From the NCBI RefSeq assembly GCF_009914755.1, contig NC_060925.1: a stretch of 64,000 bases of DNA. One strand, given 5' to 3'. A program made the position numbers and the translations under genes. The DNA comes from the human T2T-CHM13v2.0 reference genome, Homo sapiens. This document shows, in pieces, positions 1 through 15,200 of this stretch (within the stretch, counting starts at the first letter, position 1; each line of letters starts with the position of its first letter). Below the pieces are notes generated by a model. It had not been told where the DNA came from and searched no databases. It was given only the letters and a program-made list of their open reading frames with translations.

Positions 1-368
1 AGAGAATCTTCGAACGGACCCGAATGGAATCATCTAATGGAATGGAATGGAATAATCCATGGACTCGAATGCAATCATCATCAAATGGAATCGAATGGAA
101 TCATCGAATGGACTCGAATGGAATAATCATTGAACGGAATCGAACGGAATCATCATCGGATGGAAACGAATGGAATCATCATCGAATGGAAATGAAAGGG
201 GTCATCATCTAATGGAATTGCATGGAATCATCATAAAATGGAATCGAATGGAATCAACATCAAATGGAATCAAATGGAATCATTGAACGGAATTGAATGG
301 AATCGTCATCGAATGAATTGACTGCAATCATCGAATGGTCTCGAATGGAATCATCTTCAAATGGAATG

Positions 369-466
369 GAATGGAATCATCGCATAGAATCGAATGGAAT
401 TATCATCGAATGGAATCGAATGGAATCATCGCATAGAATCGAATGGAATTATCATCGAATGGAATC
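369..466 (+). repeat. 49-bp tandem duplication (23+26-bp words); second instance at 5746-5843
   Basis: GAATGGAATCATCGCATAGAATCGAATGGAATTATCATCGAATGGAATC appears twice. It explains the 1,825-bp spacing from 4402 to 6227. Confidence 0.92.
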
Positions 467-1493
467 GAATGGAATCAATATCAAACGGAAAAAAACAGAA
501 TTATCGTATGGAATCGAAGAGAATCATCGAATGGACCCGAATGGAATCATCTAATGGAATGGAATGGAATAATCCATGGACTCGAATGCAATCATCATTG
601 AATGGAATCGAATGGAATCATCGAATGGACTCGAATGGAATAATCATTGAACGGAATCGAATAGAATCATCATCGGATGGAAATGAATGGAATCATCATC
701 GAATGGAATCGAATAGAATTATGGAATGAAATCCAGTGTGATCATCATAGAATGGACCCGAATGGAATCATCATCCAACGGAAGCTAATGGAATCAACAT
801 CGAATGAATCGAATGGAAACACCATCGAATTGAAACGAATGGAATTATCATGAAATTGAAATGGATGGACTCATCATCGAATGGATTCGAATGGAATCAT
901 CGAATAAAATTGATTGAAATCATCATCAAATGGAATCGAATGGTATCATTGAATGGAATCGAATGGAATCATCATCAGATGGAAATGAATGGAATCGTCA
1001 TAGAATGGAATCGAATGGATTCATTGAATGGAATCAGATGGAATCATCGAATGGACTGGAATGGAATCATTGAATGGACTCGAAAGGGATCATGATTGAA
1101 TGGAATTGAATGGAATCATCGAATGGTCTCGATTGGAATCATTATCAAATGGAATCGAATGGAATCATCGAATAGAATCAAATGGAACAATCATCGAATG
1201 GAATCAAATGGAATTATCCTCAAATGGAATCGAATGGAATTATCGAATGCAATCGAATGGAATTATCGAATGCAATCGAATAGAATCATCGAATGGACTC
1301 GAATGGAATCATCGAATGGAATGGAATGGAACAGTCAATGAACTCGAATGGAATCATCATTGAATGGAATCGAATGGAATCATCGAGTGGAATCGAATGG
1401 AATTATGATCAAATGGAATCGAATGTAATCATCATCAAATGGAATCAAAAATAACCATCATCAATTGGTATTGAATGGAATTGTCATCAAATG

Positions 1494-3269
1494 GAATTCA
1501 AAGGAATCATCATCAAATGGAACCGAATGGAATCCTCATTGAATGGAAATGAAAGGGGTCATCATCTAATGGAATCGCATGGAATCATCATCAAATGGAA
1601 TCGAATGGAATCATCATCAAATGGAATCTAATGGAATCATTGAACAGAATTGAATGGAATCGTCATCGAATGAATTGAATGCAATCATCGAATGGTCTCG
1701 AATGGAATCATCTTCTAATGGAAAGGAATGGAATCATCGCATAGAATCGAATGGAATTATCATCGAATGGAATCGAATGGTATCAACACCAAACGGAAAA
1801 AAACGGAATTATCGAATGGAATCGAAGAGAATCTTCGAACGGACCCGAATGGAATCATCTAATGGAATGGAATGGAATAATCCATGGACTCGAATGCAAT
1901 CATCATCGAATGGAATCGAATGGAATCATCGAATGGACTCGAATGGAATAATCATTGAACGGAATCGAATGGAATCATCATCGGATGGAAACGAATGGAA
2001 TCATGATCGAATGGAAATGAAAGGAGTCATCATCTAATGGAATTGCATGGAATCATCATAAAATGGAATCGAATGGAATCAACATCAAATGGAATCAAAT
2101 GGAATCATTGAACGGAATTGAATGGGATCGTCATCGAATGAATTGACTGCAATCATCGAATGGTCCCGAATGGAATCATCTTCAAATGGAATGGAATGGA
2201 ATCATCGCATAGAATCGAATGGAATTATCATCGAATGGAATCGAATGGAATCAACATCAAACGGAAAAAAACGGAATTATCGAATGGAATCGAAGAGAAT
2301 CATCGAATGGACCCGAATGGAATCATCTAATGGAATGGAATGGAATAATCCATGGACTCGAATGCAATCATCATCGAATGGAATCGAATGAAATCATCGA
2401 ATGGACTCGAATGGAATAATCATTGAACGGAATCGAATGGAATCATCATCGGATGGAAATGAATGGAATCATCATCGAATGGAATCGAATAGAATTATGG
2501 AATGAAATCCAGTGTGATCATCATCGAATGGACCCGAATGGAATCATCATCCAACGGAAGCTAATGGAATCAACATCAAATGAATCGAATGGAAACACCA
2601 TCGAATTGAAACGAATGGAATTATCATGAAATTGAAATGGATGGACTCATCATCGAATGGATTCGAATGGAATCATCGAATAAAATTGATTGAAATCATC
2701 ATCCAATGGAATCGAATGGTATCATTGAATGGAATCGAATGGAATCATCATCAGATGGAAATGAATGGAATCGTCATAGAATGGAATCGAATGGATTCAT
2801 TGAATGGAATCAGATGGAATCATCGAATGGACTGGAATGGAATCATTGAATGGACTCAAAAGGGATCATTATTGAATGGAATTGAATGGAATCAACGAAT
2901 GGTCTCGATTGGAATCATTATCAAATGGAATCGAATGGAATCACCGAATAGAATCGAATGGAACAATCATCGAATGGACTCAAATGGAATTATCCTCCAA
3001 TGGAATCGAATGGAATTATCGAATGCAATCGAATGGAATTATCGAATGCAATCGAATAGAATCATCAAATGGACTCGAATGGAATCATCGAATGGAAAGG
3101 AATGGAACAGTCAATGAACTCGAATGGAATAATCATTGAATGGAATCGAATGGAATCATCGAGTGGAATCGAATGGAATTATGATCAAATGGAATCGAAT
3201 GTAATCATCATCAAATGGAATCAAAAATAACCATCATCAATTGGTATTGAATGGAATTGTCATCAAATG
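1494..3269 (+). repeat. Representative 1,776-bp HSat2 unit (EcoRI to EcoRI)
   Basis: GAATTC at 1494 and 3270. The marker ATGAAATTGAAATGG recurs at 850, 2626, 4402, 6227, 8003, 9779, 11555, 13330, 15106 and 16882, mostly at 1,776-bp spacing. This matches the classical 1.77-kb EcoRI fragment. Confidence 0.95.
1543..2478 (+). repeat. Two tandem 468-bp subrepeats inside the 1,776-bp unit
   Basis: ATGGAAATGAAAGG(G/A)GTCATCATCTAATGG at 1543 and 2011. Paired repeat ORF starts 1654/2122, 3430/3898 and 5206/5674 are each 468 bp apart. Confidence 0.93.
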
Positions 3270-6200
3270 GAATTCAAAGGAATCATCATCAAATGGAACC
3301 GAATGGAATCCTCATTGAATGGAAATGAAAGGGGTCATCATCTAATGGAATCGCATGGAATCATCATCAAATGGAATCGAATGGAATCATCATCGAATGG
3401 AATCTAATGGAATCATTGAACAGAATTGAATGGAATCGTCATCGAATGAGTTGAATGCAATCATCGAATGGTCTCGAATGGAATCATCTTCTAATGGAAA
3501 GGAATGGAATCATCGCATAGAATCGAATGGAATTATCATCGAATGGAATCGAATGGTATCAACACCAAACGGAAAAAAACGGAATTATCGAATGGAATCG
3601 AAGAGAATCTTCGAACGGACCCGAATGGAATCATCTAATGGAATGGAATGGAATAATCCATGGACTCGAATGCAATCATCATCGAATGGAATCGAATGGA
3701 ATCATCGAATGGACTCGAATGGAATAATCATTGAACGGAATCGAATGGAATCATCATCGGATGGAAACGAATGGAATCATCATCGAATGGAAATGAAAGG
3801 AGTCATCATCTAATGGAATTGCATGGAATCATCATAAAATGGAATCGAATGGAATCAACATCAAATGGAATCAAATGGAATCATTGAACGGAATTGAATG
3901 GAATCGTCATCGAATGAATTGACTGCAATCATCGAATGCTCTCGAATGGAATCATCTTCAAATGGAATGGAATGGAATCATCGCATACAATCGAATGGAA
4001 TTATCATCGAATGGAATCGAATGGAATCAACATCAAACGGAAAAAAACAGAATTATCGTATGGAATCGAAGAGAATCATCGAATGGACCCGAATGGAATC
4101 ATCTAATGGAATGGAATGGAATAATCCATGGACTCGAATGCAATCATCATCGAATGGAATCGAATGGAATCATCAAATGGACTCGAATGGAATAAACATT
4201 GAACGGAATCGAATGGAATCATCATCGGATGGAAATGAATGGAATCATCATCGAATGGAATCGAATAGAATTATGGAATGAAATCCAGTGTGATCATCAT
4301 CGAATGGACCCGAATGGAATCATCATCCAACGGAAGCTAATGGAATCAACATCGAATGAATCGAATGGAAACACCATCGAATTGAAACGAATGGAATTAT
4401 CATGAAATTGAAATGGATGGACTCATCATCGAATGGATTCGAATGGAATCATCGAATAAAATTGATTGAAATCATCATCGAATGGAATCGAATGGTATCA
4501 TTGAATGGAATCGAATGGAATCATCATCAGATGGAAATGAATGGAATCGTCATAGAATGGAATCGAATGGATTCATTGAATGGAATCAGATGGAATCATC
4601 GAATGGACTGGAATGGAATCATTGAATGGACTCGAAAGGGATCATTGTTGAATGGAATTGAATGGAATCATCGAATGGTCTCGATTGGAATCATTATCAA
4701 ATGGAATCGAATGGAATCACCGAATAGAATCAAATGGAACAATCATCGAATGGACTCAAATGGAATTATCCTCAAATGGAATCGAATGGAATTATCGAAT
4801 ACAATCGAATGGAATTATGGAATGCAATCGAATAGAATCATCGAATGGACTCGAATGGAATCATCGAATGGACTGGAATGGAACAGTCAATGAACTCGAA
4901 TGGAATCATCATTGAATGGAATCGAATGGAATCATCGAGTGGAATCGAATGGAATTATGATCAAATGGAATCGAATGTAATCATCATCAAATGGAATCAA
5001 AAATAACCATCATCAATTGGTATTGAATGGAATTGTCATCAAATGGAATTCAAAGGAATCATCATCAAATGGAACCGAATGGAGTCCTCATTGAATGGAA
5101 ATGAAAGGGGTCATCATCTAATGGAATCGCATGGAATCATCATCAAATGGAATCGAATGGAATCATCATCAAATGGAATCTAATGGAATCATTGAACAGA
5201 ATTGAATGGAATCGTCATCGAATGAATTGAATGCAATCATCGAATGGTCTCGAATGGAATCATCTTCTAATGGAAAGGAATGGAATCATCGCATAGAATC
5301 GAATGGAATTATCATCGAATGGAATCGAATGGTATCAACACCAAACGGAAAAAAACGGAATTATCGAATGGAATCGAAGAGAATCTTCGAACGGACCCGA
5401 ATGGAATCATCTAATGGAATGGAATGGAATAATCCATGGACTCGAATGCAATCATCATCGAATGGAATCGAATGGAATCATCGAATGGACTCGAATGGAA
5501 TAATCATTGAACGGAATCAAATGGAATCATCATCGGATGGAAACGAATGGAATCATCATCGAATGGAAATGAAAGGAGTCATCATCTAATGGAATTGCAT
5601 GGAATCATCATAAAATGGAATCGAATGGAATCAACATCAAATGGAATCAAATGGAATCATTGAACGGAATTGAATGGAATCGTCATCGAATGAATTGACT
5701 GCAATCATCGAATGGTCTCGAATGGAATCATCTTCAAATGGAATGGAATGGAATCATCGCATAGAATCGAATGGAATTATCATCGAATGGAATCGAATGG
5801 AATCATCGCATAGAATCGAATGGAATTATCATCGAATGGAATCGAATGGAATCAATATCAAACGGAAAAAAACAGAATTATCGTATGGAATCGAAGAGAA
5901 TCATCGAATGGACCCGAATGGAATCATCTAATGGAATGGAATGGAATAATCCATGGACTCGAATGCAATCATCATTGAATGGAATCGAATGGAATCATCG
6001 AATGGACTCGAATGGAATAATCATTGAACGGAATCGAATGGAATCATCATCGGATGGAAATGAATGGAATCATCATCGAATGGAATCGAATAGAATTATG
6101 GAATGAAATCCAGTGTGATCATCATAGAATGGACCCGAATGGAATCATCATCCAACGGAAGCTAATGGAATCAACATCGAATGAATCGAATGGAAACACC

Positions 6201-9200
6201 ATCGAATTGAAACGAATGGAATTATCATGAAATTGAAATGGATGGACTCATCATCGAATGGATTCGAATGGAATCATCGAATAAAATTGATTGAAATCAT
6301 CATCAAATGGAATCGAATGGTATCATTGAATGGAATCGAATGGAATCATCATCAGATGGAAATGAAAGGAATCGTCATAGAATGGAATCGAATGGATTCA
6401 TTGAATGGAATCAGATGGAATCATCGAATGGACTGGAATGGAATCATTGAATGGACTCGAAAGGGATCATGATTGAATGGAATTGAATGGAATCATCGAA
6501 TGGTCTCGATTGGAATCATTATCAAATGGAATCGAATGGAATCATCGAATAGAATCAAATGGAACAATCATCGAATGGACTCAAATGGAATTATCCTCAA
6601 ATGGAATCGAATGGAATTATCGAATGCAATCGAATGGAATTATCGAATGCAATCGAATAGAATCATCGAATGGACTCGAATGGAATCATCGAATGGAATG
6701 GAATGGAACAGTCAATGAACTCGAATGGAATCATCATTGAATGGAATCGAATGGAATCATCGAGTGGAATCGAATGGAATTATGATCAAATGGAATCGAA
6801 TGTAATCATCATCAAATGGAATCAAAAATAACCATCATCAATTGGTATTGAATGGAATTGTCATCAAATGGAATTCAAAGGAATCATCATCAAATGGAAC
6901 CGAATGGAATCCTCATTGAATGGAAATGAAAGGGGTCATCATCTAATGGAATCGCATGGAATCATCATCAAATGGAATCGAATGGAATCATCATCAAATG
7001 GAATCTAATGGAATCATTGAACAGAATTGAATGGAATCGTCATCGAATGAATTGAATGCAATCATCGAATGGTCTCGAATGGAATCATCTTCTAATGGAA
7101 AGGAATGGAATCATCGCATAGAATCGAATGGAATTATCATCGAATGGAATCGAATGGTATCAACACCAAACGGAAAAAAACGGAATTATCGAATGGAATC
7201 GAAGAGAATCTTCGAACGGACCCGAATGGAATCATCTAATGGAATGGAATGGAATAATCCATGGACTCGAATGCAATCATCATCGAATGGAATCGAATGG
7301 AATCATCGAATGGACTCGAATGGAATAATCATTGAACGGAATCGAATGGAATCATCATCGGATGGAAACGAATGGAATCATGATCGAATGGAAATGAAAG
7401 GAGTCATCATCTAATGGAATTGCATGGAATCATCATAAAATGGAATCGAATGGAATCAACATCAAATGGAATCAAATGGAATCATTGAACGGAATTGAAT
7501 GGGATCGTCATCGAATGAATTGACTGCAATCATCGAATGGTCCCGAATGGAATCATCTTCAAATGGAATGGAATGGAATCATCGCATAGAATCGAATGGA
7601 ATTATCATCGAATGGAATCGAATGGAATCAACATCAAACGGAAAAAAACGGAATTATCGAATGGAATCGAAGAGAATCATCGAATGGACCCGAATGGAAT
7701 CATCTAATGGAATGGAATGGAATAATCCATGGACTCGAATGCAATCATCATCGAATGGAATCGAATGGAATCATCGAATGGACTCGAATGGAATAATCAT
7801 TGAACGGAATCGAATGGAATCATCATCGGATGGAAATGAATGGAATCATCATCGAATGGAATCGAATAGAATTATGGAATGAAATCCAGTGTGATCATCA
7901 TCGAATGGACCCGAATGGAATCATCATCCAACGGAAGCTAATGGAATCAACATCGAATGAATCGAATGGAAACACCATCGAATTGAAACGAATGGAATTA
8001 TCATGAAATTGAAATGGATGCACTCATCATCGAATGGATTCGAATGGAATCATCGAATAAAATTGATTGAAATCATCATCGAATGGAATCGAATGGTATC
8101 ATTGAATGGAATCGAATGGAATCATCATCAGATGGAAATGAATGGAATCGTCATAGAATGGAATCGAATGGATTCATTGAATGGAATCAGATGGAATCAT
8201 CGAATGGACTGGAATGGAATCATTGAATGGACTCAAAAGGGATCATGATTGAATGGAATTGAATGGAATCATCGAATGGTCTCGATTGGAATCATTATCA
8301 AATGGAATCGAATGGAATCACCGAATAGAATCGAATGGAACAATCATCGAATGGACTCAAATGGAATTATCCTCCAATGGAATCGAATGGAATTATCGAA
8401 TGCAATCGAATGGAATTATCGAATGCAATCGAATAGAATCATCAAATGGACTCGAATGGAATCATCGAATGGAAAGGAATGGAACAGTCAATGAACTCGA
8501 ATGGAATAATCATTGAATGGAATCGAATGGAATCATCGAGTGGAATCGAATGGAATTATGATCAAATGGAATAGAATGTAATCATCATCAAATGGAATCA
8601 AAAATAACCATCATCAATTGGTATTGAATGGAATTGTCATCAAATGGAATTCAAAGGAATCATCATCTAATGGAACCGAATGGAATCCTCATTGAATGGA
8701 AATGAAAGGGGTCATCATCTAATGGAATCGCATGGAATCATCATCAAATGGAATCGAATGGAATCATCATCAAATGGAATCTAATGGAATCATTGAACAG
8801 AATTGAATGGAATCGTCATCGAATGAGTTGAATGCAATCATCGAATGGTCTCGAATGGAATCATCTTCTAATGGAAAGGAATGGAATCATCGCATAGAAT
8901 CGAATGGAATTATCATCGAATGGAATCGAATGGTATCAACACCAAACGGAAAAAAACGGAATTATCGAATGGAATCGAAGAGAATCTTCGAACGGACCCG
9001 AATGGAATCATCTAATGGAATGGAATGGAATAATCCATGGACTCGAATGCAATCATCATCGAATGGAATCGAATGGAATCATCGAATGGACTCGAATGGA
9101 ATAATCATTGAACGGAATCGAATGGAATCATCATCGGATGGAAACGAATGGAATCATCATCGAATGGAAATGAAAGGAGTCATCATCTAATGGAATTGCA

Positions 9201-12200
9201 TGGAATCATCATAAAATGGAATCGAATGGAATCAACATCAAATGGAATCAAATGGAATCATTGAACGGAATTGAATGGAATCGTCATCGAATGAATTGAC
9301 TGCAATCATCGAATGCTCTCGAATGGAATCATCTTCAAATGGAATGGAATGGAATCATCGCATACAATCGAATGGAATTATCATCGAATGGAATCGAATG
9401 GAATCAACATCAAACGGAAAAAAACAGAATTATCGTATGGAATCGAAGAGAATCATCGAATGGACCCGAATGGAATCATCTAATGGAATGGAATGGAATA
9501 ATCCATGGACTCGAATGCAATCATCATCGAATGGAATCGAATGGAATCATCGAATGGACTCGAATGGAATAAACATTGAACGGAATCGAATGGAATCATC
9601 ATCGGATGGAAATGAATGGAATCATCATCGAATGGAATCGAATAGAATTATGGAATGAAATCCAGTGTGATCATCATCGAATGGACCCGAATGGAATCAT
9701 CATCCAACGGAAGCTAATGGAATCAACATCGAATGAATCGAATGGAAACACCATCGAATTGAAACGAATGGAATTATCATGAAATTGAAATGGATGGACT
9801 CATCATCGAATGGATTCGAATGGAATCATCGAATAAAATTGATTGAAATCATCATCCAATGGAATCGAATGGTATCATTGAATGGAATCGAAAGGAATTA
9901 TCATCAGATGGAAATGAATGGAATCGTCATAGAATGGAATCGAATGGATTCATTGAATGGAATCAGATGGAATCATCGAATGGACTGGAATGGAATCATT
10001 GAATGGACTCGAAAGGGATCATGATTGAATGGAACTGAATGGAATCATCGAATGGTCTCGATTGGAATCATTATCAAATGGAATCGAATGGAATCACCGA
10101 ATAGAATCGAATGGAACAATCATCGAATGGACTCAAATGGAATTATCCTCCAATGGAATCGAATGGAATTATCGAATGCAATCGAATGGAATTATCGAAT
10201 GCAATCGAATAGAATCATCAAATGGACTCGAAGGGAATCATCGAATGGAGTGGAATGGAACAGTCAATGAACTCGAATGGAATCATCATTGAATGGAATC
10301 GAATGGAATCATCGAGTGGAATCGAATGGAATTATGATCAAATGGAATCGAATGTAATCATCATCAAATGGAATCAAAAATAACCATCATCAATTGGTAT
10401 TGAATGGAATTGTCATCAAATGGAATTCAAAGGAATCATCATCAAATGGAACCGAATGGAATCCTCATTGAATGGAAATGAAAGGGGTCATCATCTAATG
10501 GAATCGCATGGAATCATCATCAAATGGAATCGAATGGAATCATCATCAAATGGAATCTAATGGAATCATTGAACAGAATTGAATGGAATCGTCATCGAAT
10601 GAATTGAATGCAATCATCGAATGGTCTCGAATGGAATCATCTTCTAATGGAAAGGAATGGAATCATCGCATAGAATCGAATGGAATTATCATCGAATGGA
10701 ATCGAATGGTATCAACACCAAACGGAAAAAAACGGAATTATCGAATGGAATCGAAGAGAATCTACGAACGGACCCGAATGGAATCATCTAATGGAATGGA
10801 ACGGAATAATCCATGGACTCGAATGCAATCATCATCGAATGGAATCGAACGGAATCATCGAATGGACTCGAATGGAATAATCATTGAACGGAATCGAATG
10901 GAATCATCATCAGATGGAAACGAATGGAATCATCATCGAATGGAAATAAAAGGAGTCATCATCTAATGGAATTGCATGGAATCATCATAAAATGGAATCG
11001 AATGGAATCAACATCAAATGGAATCAAATGGAATCATTGAACGGAATTGAATGGAATCGTCATCGAATGAATTGAATGCAATCATCGAATGGTCTCGAAT
11101 GGAATCATCTTCAAATGGAATGGAATGGAATCATCGCATAGAATCGAATGGAATTATCATCGAATGGAATCGAATGGAGTCAACATCAAACGGAAAAAAA
11201 CGGAATTATCGAATGGAATCGAAGAGAATCATCGAATGGACCCGAATGGAATCATCTAATGGAATGGAAAGGAATAATCCATGGACTCGAATGCAATCAT
11301 CATCGAATGGAATCGAATGGAATCATCGAATGGACTCGAATGAAATAATCATTGAACGGAATCGAATGGAATCATCATCGGATGGAAATGAATGGAATCA
11401 CCATCGAATGGAATCGAATAGAATTATGGAATGAAATCCAGTGTGATCATCATCGAATGGACCCGATTGGAATCATCATCCAACGGAAGCTAATGGAATC
11501 AACATCGAATGAATCAAATGGAAACACCATCGAATTGAAACGAATGGAATTACCATGAAATTGAAATGGTGGATTCATCATCGAATGGATTCGAATGGAA
11601 TCATCGAATAAAATTGATTGAAATCATCATCCAATGGAATCGAATGGTATCATTGAATGGAATCGAAAGGAATCATCATCAGATGGAAATGAATGGAATC
11701 GTCATAGAATGGAATCGAATGGATTCATTGAATGGAATCAGATGGAATCATCGAATGGACTGGAATGGAATCATTGAATGGACTCGAAAGGGATCATGAT
11801 TGAATGGAATTGAATGGAATCATCGAATGGTCTCGATTGGAATCATTATCAAATGGAATCGAATGGAATCACTGAATAGAATCGAATGGAACAATCATCG
11901 AATGGACTCAAATGGAATTATCCTCCAATGGAATCGAATGGAATTATCGAATGCAATCGAATGGAATTATCGAATGCAATCGAATAGAATCATCGAATGG
12001 ACTCGAATGGAATCATCGAATGGAATGGAATGGAACAGTCAATGAACTCCAATGGAATCATCATTGAATGGAATCGAATGGAATCATCGAGTGGAATCGA
12101 ATGGAAATATGATCAAATGGAATTGAATATAATCATCATCAAATGGAATCAAAAATAACCATAATCAATTGGTATTGAATGGAATTCTCATCAAATGGAA

Positions 12201-15200
12201 TTCAAAGGAATCATCATCAAATGGAACTGAATGGAATCCTCATTGAATGGAAATGAAAGGGGTCATCATCTAATGGAATCGCATGGAATCATCATCAAAT
12301 GGAATCGAATGGAATCATCATCAAATGGAATCTGATGGAATCATTGAACAGAATTGAATGGAATCGTCATCGAATGAATTGAATGCAATCATCGAATGGT
12401 CTCGAATGTAATCACATTCTAATGGAAAGGAATGGAATCATCGCATAGAATCGAATGGAATTATCATCGAATGGAATCGAATGGTATCAACACCAAACGG
12501 AAAAAAACGGAATTATCGAATGGAATCGAAGAGAATCTTCGAACGGACCCGAATGGAATCATCTAATGGAATGGAATGGAATAATCCATGGACTCGAATG
12601 CAATCATCATCGAATGGAATCGAATGGAATCATCGAATGGACTCGAATGGAATAATCATTGAACGGAATCGAATGGAATCATCATCGGATGGAAACGAAT
12701 GGAATCATCATCGAATGGAAATGAAAGGAGTCATCATCTAATGGAATTGCATGGAATCATCATAAAATGGAATCGAATGGAATCAACATCAAATGGAATC
12801 AAATGGAATCATTGAACGGAATTGAATGGAATCGTCATCGAATGAATTGACTGCAATCATCGAATGGTCTCGAATGGAATCATCTTCAAATGGAATGGAA
12901 TGGAATCATCGCATAGAATCGAATGGAATTATCATCGAATGGAATCGAATGGAATCAACATCAAACGGAAAAAAACGGAATTATCGAATGGAATCGAAGA
13001 GAATCATCGAATGGACCCGAATGGAATCATCTAATGGAATGGAATGGAATAATCCATGGACTCGAATGCAATCATCATCGAATGGAATCGAATGGAATCA
13101 TCGAATGGATTCGAATGGAATAATCATTGAACGGAATCGAATGGAATCATCATCGGATGGAAACGAATGGAATCATCATCGAATGGAATCGAATAGAATT
13201 ATGGAATGAAATCCAGTGTGATCATCATCGAATGGACCCGAATGGAATCATCATCCAACGGAAGCTAATGGAATCAACATCGAATGAATCAAATGGAAAC
13301 ACCATCGAATTGAAACGAATGGAATTACCATGAAATTGAAATGGATGGACTCATCATCAAATGGATTCGAGTGGAATCATCGAATAAAATTGATTGAAAT
13401 CATCATCGAATGGAATCGAATGGTATCATTGAATGGAATCGAATGGAATCATCATCAGATGGAAATGAAAGGAATCGTCATAGAATGGAATCGAATGGAT
13501 TCATTGAATGGAATCAGATGGAATCATTGAATGGACTGGAATGGAATCATTGAATGGACTCGAAAGGGATCATGATTGAATGGAATTGAATGGAGTCATC
13601 GAATGGTCTCGATTGGAATCATTATCAAATGGAATCGAATGGAATCACCGAATAGAATCGAATGGAACAATCATCGAATGGACTCAAATGGAATTATCCT
13701 CCAATGGAATCGAATGGAATTATCAAATGCAATCGAATGGAATTATCGAATGCAATCGAATAGAATCATCGAATGGACTCGAATGGAATCATCGAATGGA
13801 ATGGAATGGAACAGTCAATGAACTCGTATGGAATCATCATTGAATGGAATCGAATGGAATCATCGAGTGGAATCGAATGGAATTATGATCAAATGGAATC
13901 GAATGTAATCATCATCAAATGGAATCAAAAATAACCATCATCAATTGGTATTGAATGGAATTGTCATCAAATGGAATTCAAAGGAATCATCATCAAATGG
14001 AACCGAATGGAATCCTCATTGAATGGAAATGAAAGGGGTCATCATCTAATGGAATCGCATGGAATCTTCATTAAATGGAATCGAATGGAATCATCATCAA
14101 ATGGAATCTAATGGAATCATTGAACAGAATTGAATGGAATCGTCATCGAATGAATTGAATGCAATCATCGAATGGTCTCGAATGGAATCATCTTCTAATG
14201 GAAAGGAATGGAATCATCGCATAGAATCGAATGGAATTAACATTGAATGGACTCGAATGGAATCAACATCAAATGGAATCAAGCGGAATTATCGAATGAA
14301 ATCGAAGAGAATCATCGAATCGACTCGAATGGAATCATCTAATGGAATGGAATGGAATAATCCACGGACTCGAATGCAATCATCATCGTATAGAATCGAA
14401 TGGAATCATCGAATGGACTCGAATGGAATAATCATTGAACGGAATCGAATGGAATCATCATCGGATGGAAAGGAATGGAATCATCATCGAATGGAAATGT
14501 AAGGAGTCATCATCTAATGGAATTGCATGGAATCATCATAAAATAGAATCGAATGGAATCATCATCAAATGGAATCAAATGGAATCATTGAACGGAATTG
14601 AATGGAATCGTCATCGAATGAATTGAATGCAATCATCGAATGGTCTCGAATGGAATCATCTTCAAATGGAATGGAATGGAATCATCGCATAGAATCGAAT
14701 GGAATTATCATCGAATGGAATCGAATGGTATCAACATCAAACGGAAAAAAACGGAATTATCGAATGGAATCGAAGAGAATCTTCGAACGGACCCGAATGG
14801 AATCATCTAATGGAATGGAATGGAATAATCCATGGACTCGAATGCAATCATCATCGAATGGAATCGAATGGAATCATTGAATGGACTCGAATGGAATAAT
14901 CATTGAACGGAATCGAATGGAATCATCATCGGATGGAAATGAATGGAATCATCATCGAATGGAATCGAATAGAATTATGGAATGAAATCCAGTGTGATCA
15001 TCATCGAATGGACCCGAATGGAATCATCATCCAACGGAAGCTAATGGAATCAACATCGAATGAATCGAATGGAAACACCATCGAATTGAAACGAATGGAA
15101 TTATCATGAAATTGAAATGGATGGACTCATCATCGAATGGATTCGAATGGAATCATCGAATAAAATTGATTGAAATCATCATCGAAAGGAATCGAATGGT

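Larger units (their letters stand above)
200..9830 (+). repeat. 5,377-bp higher-order duplication (3 units: 1776+1776+1825), about 1.8 copies visible; ends approximate
   Basis: Private variants repeat at +5377: the 49-bp duplication (369/5746), TCATGATCG (~2001/~7378), ATGGGATCG (2122/7499), GGTCCCG, GAATGAGTTG, GCATACAATC and ATAAACATT. Confidence 0.85.

Noticed and set aside
911-922. Inverted repeat TGATT-GA-AATCA once per unit
   Set aside because: A 5-bp stem is too weak for a stable hairpin and is expected by chance in AATCA-rich DNA.
1863-1879. (GGAAT)3 runs as HSat3 or as TEAD/HSF1 platforms
   Set aside because: The runs are only about 3 pentamers inside an HSat2 context. GGAATG cores are present, but the sequence alone cannot support a regulatory call.
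12182-12203. Doubled EcoRI site in some units
   Set aside because: It is a single G>C variant (GAATTG to GAATTC), useful only as a lineage marker.
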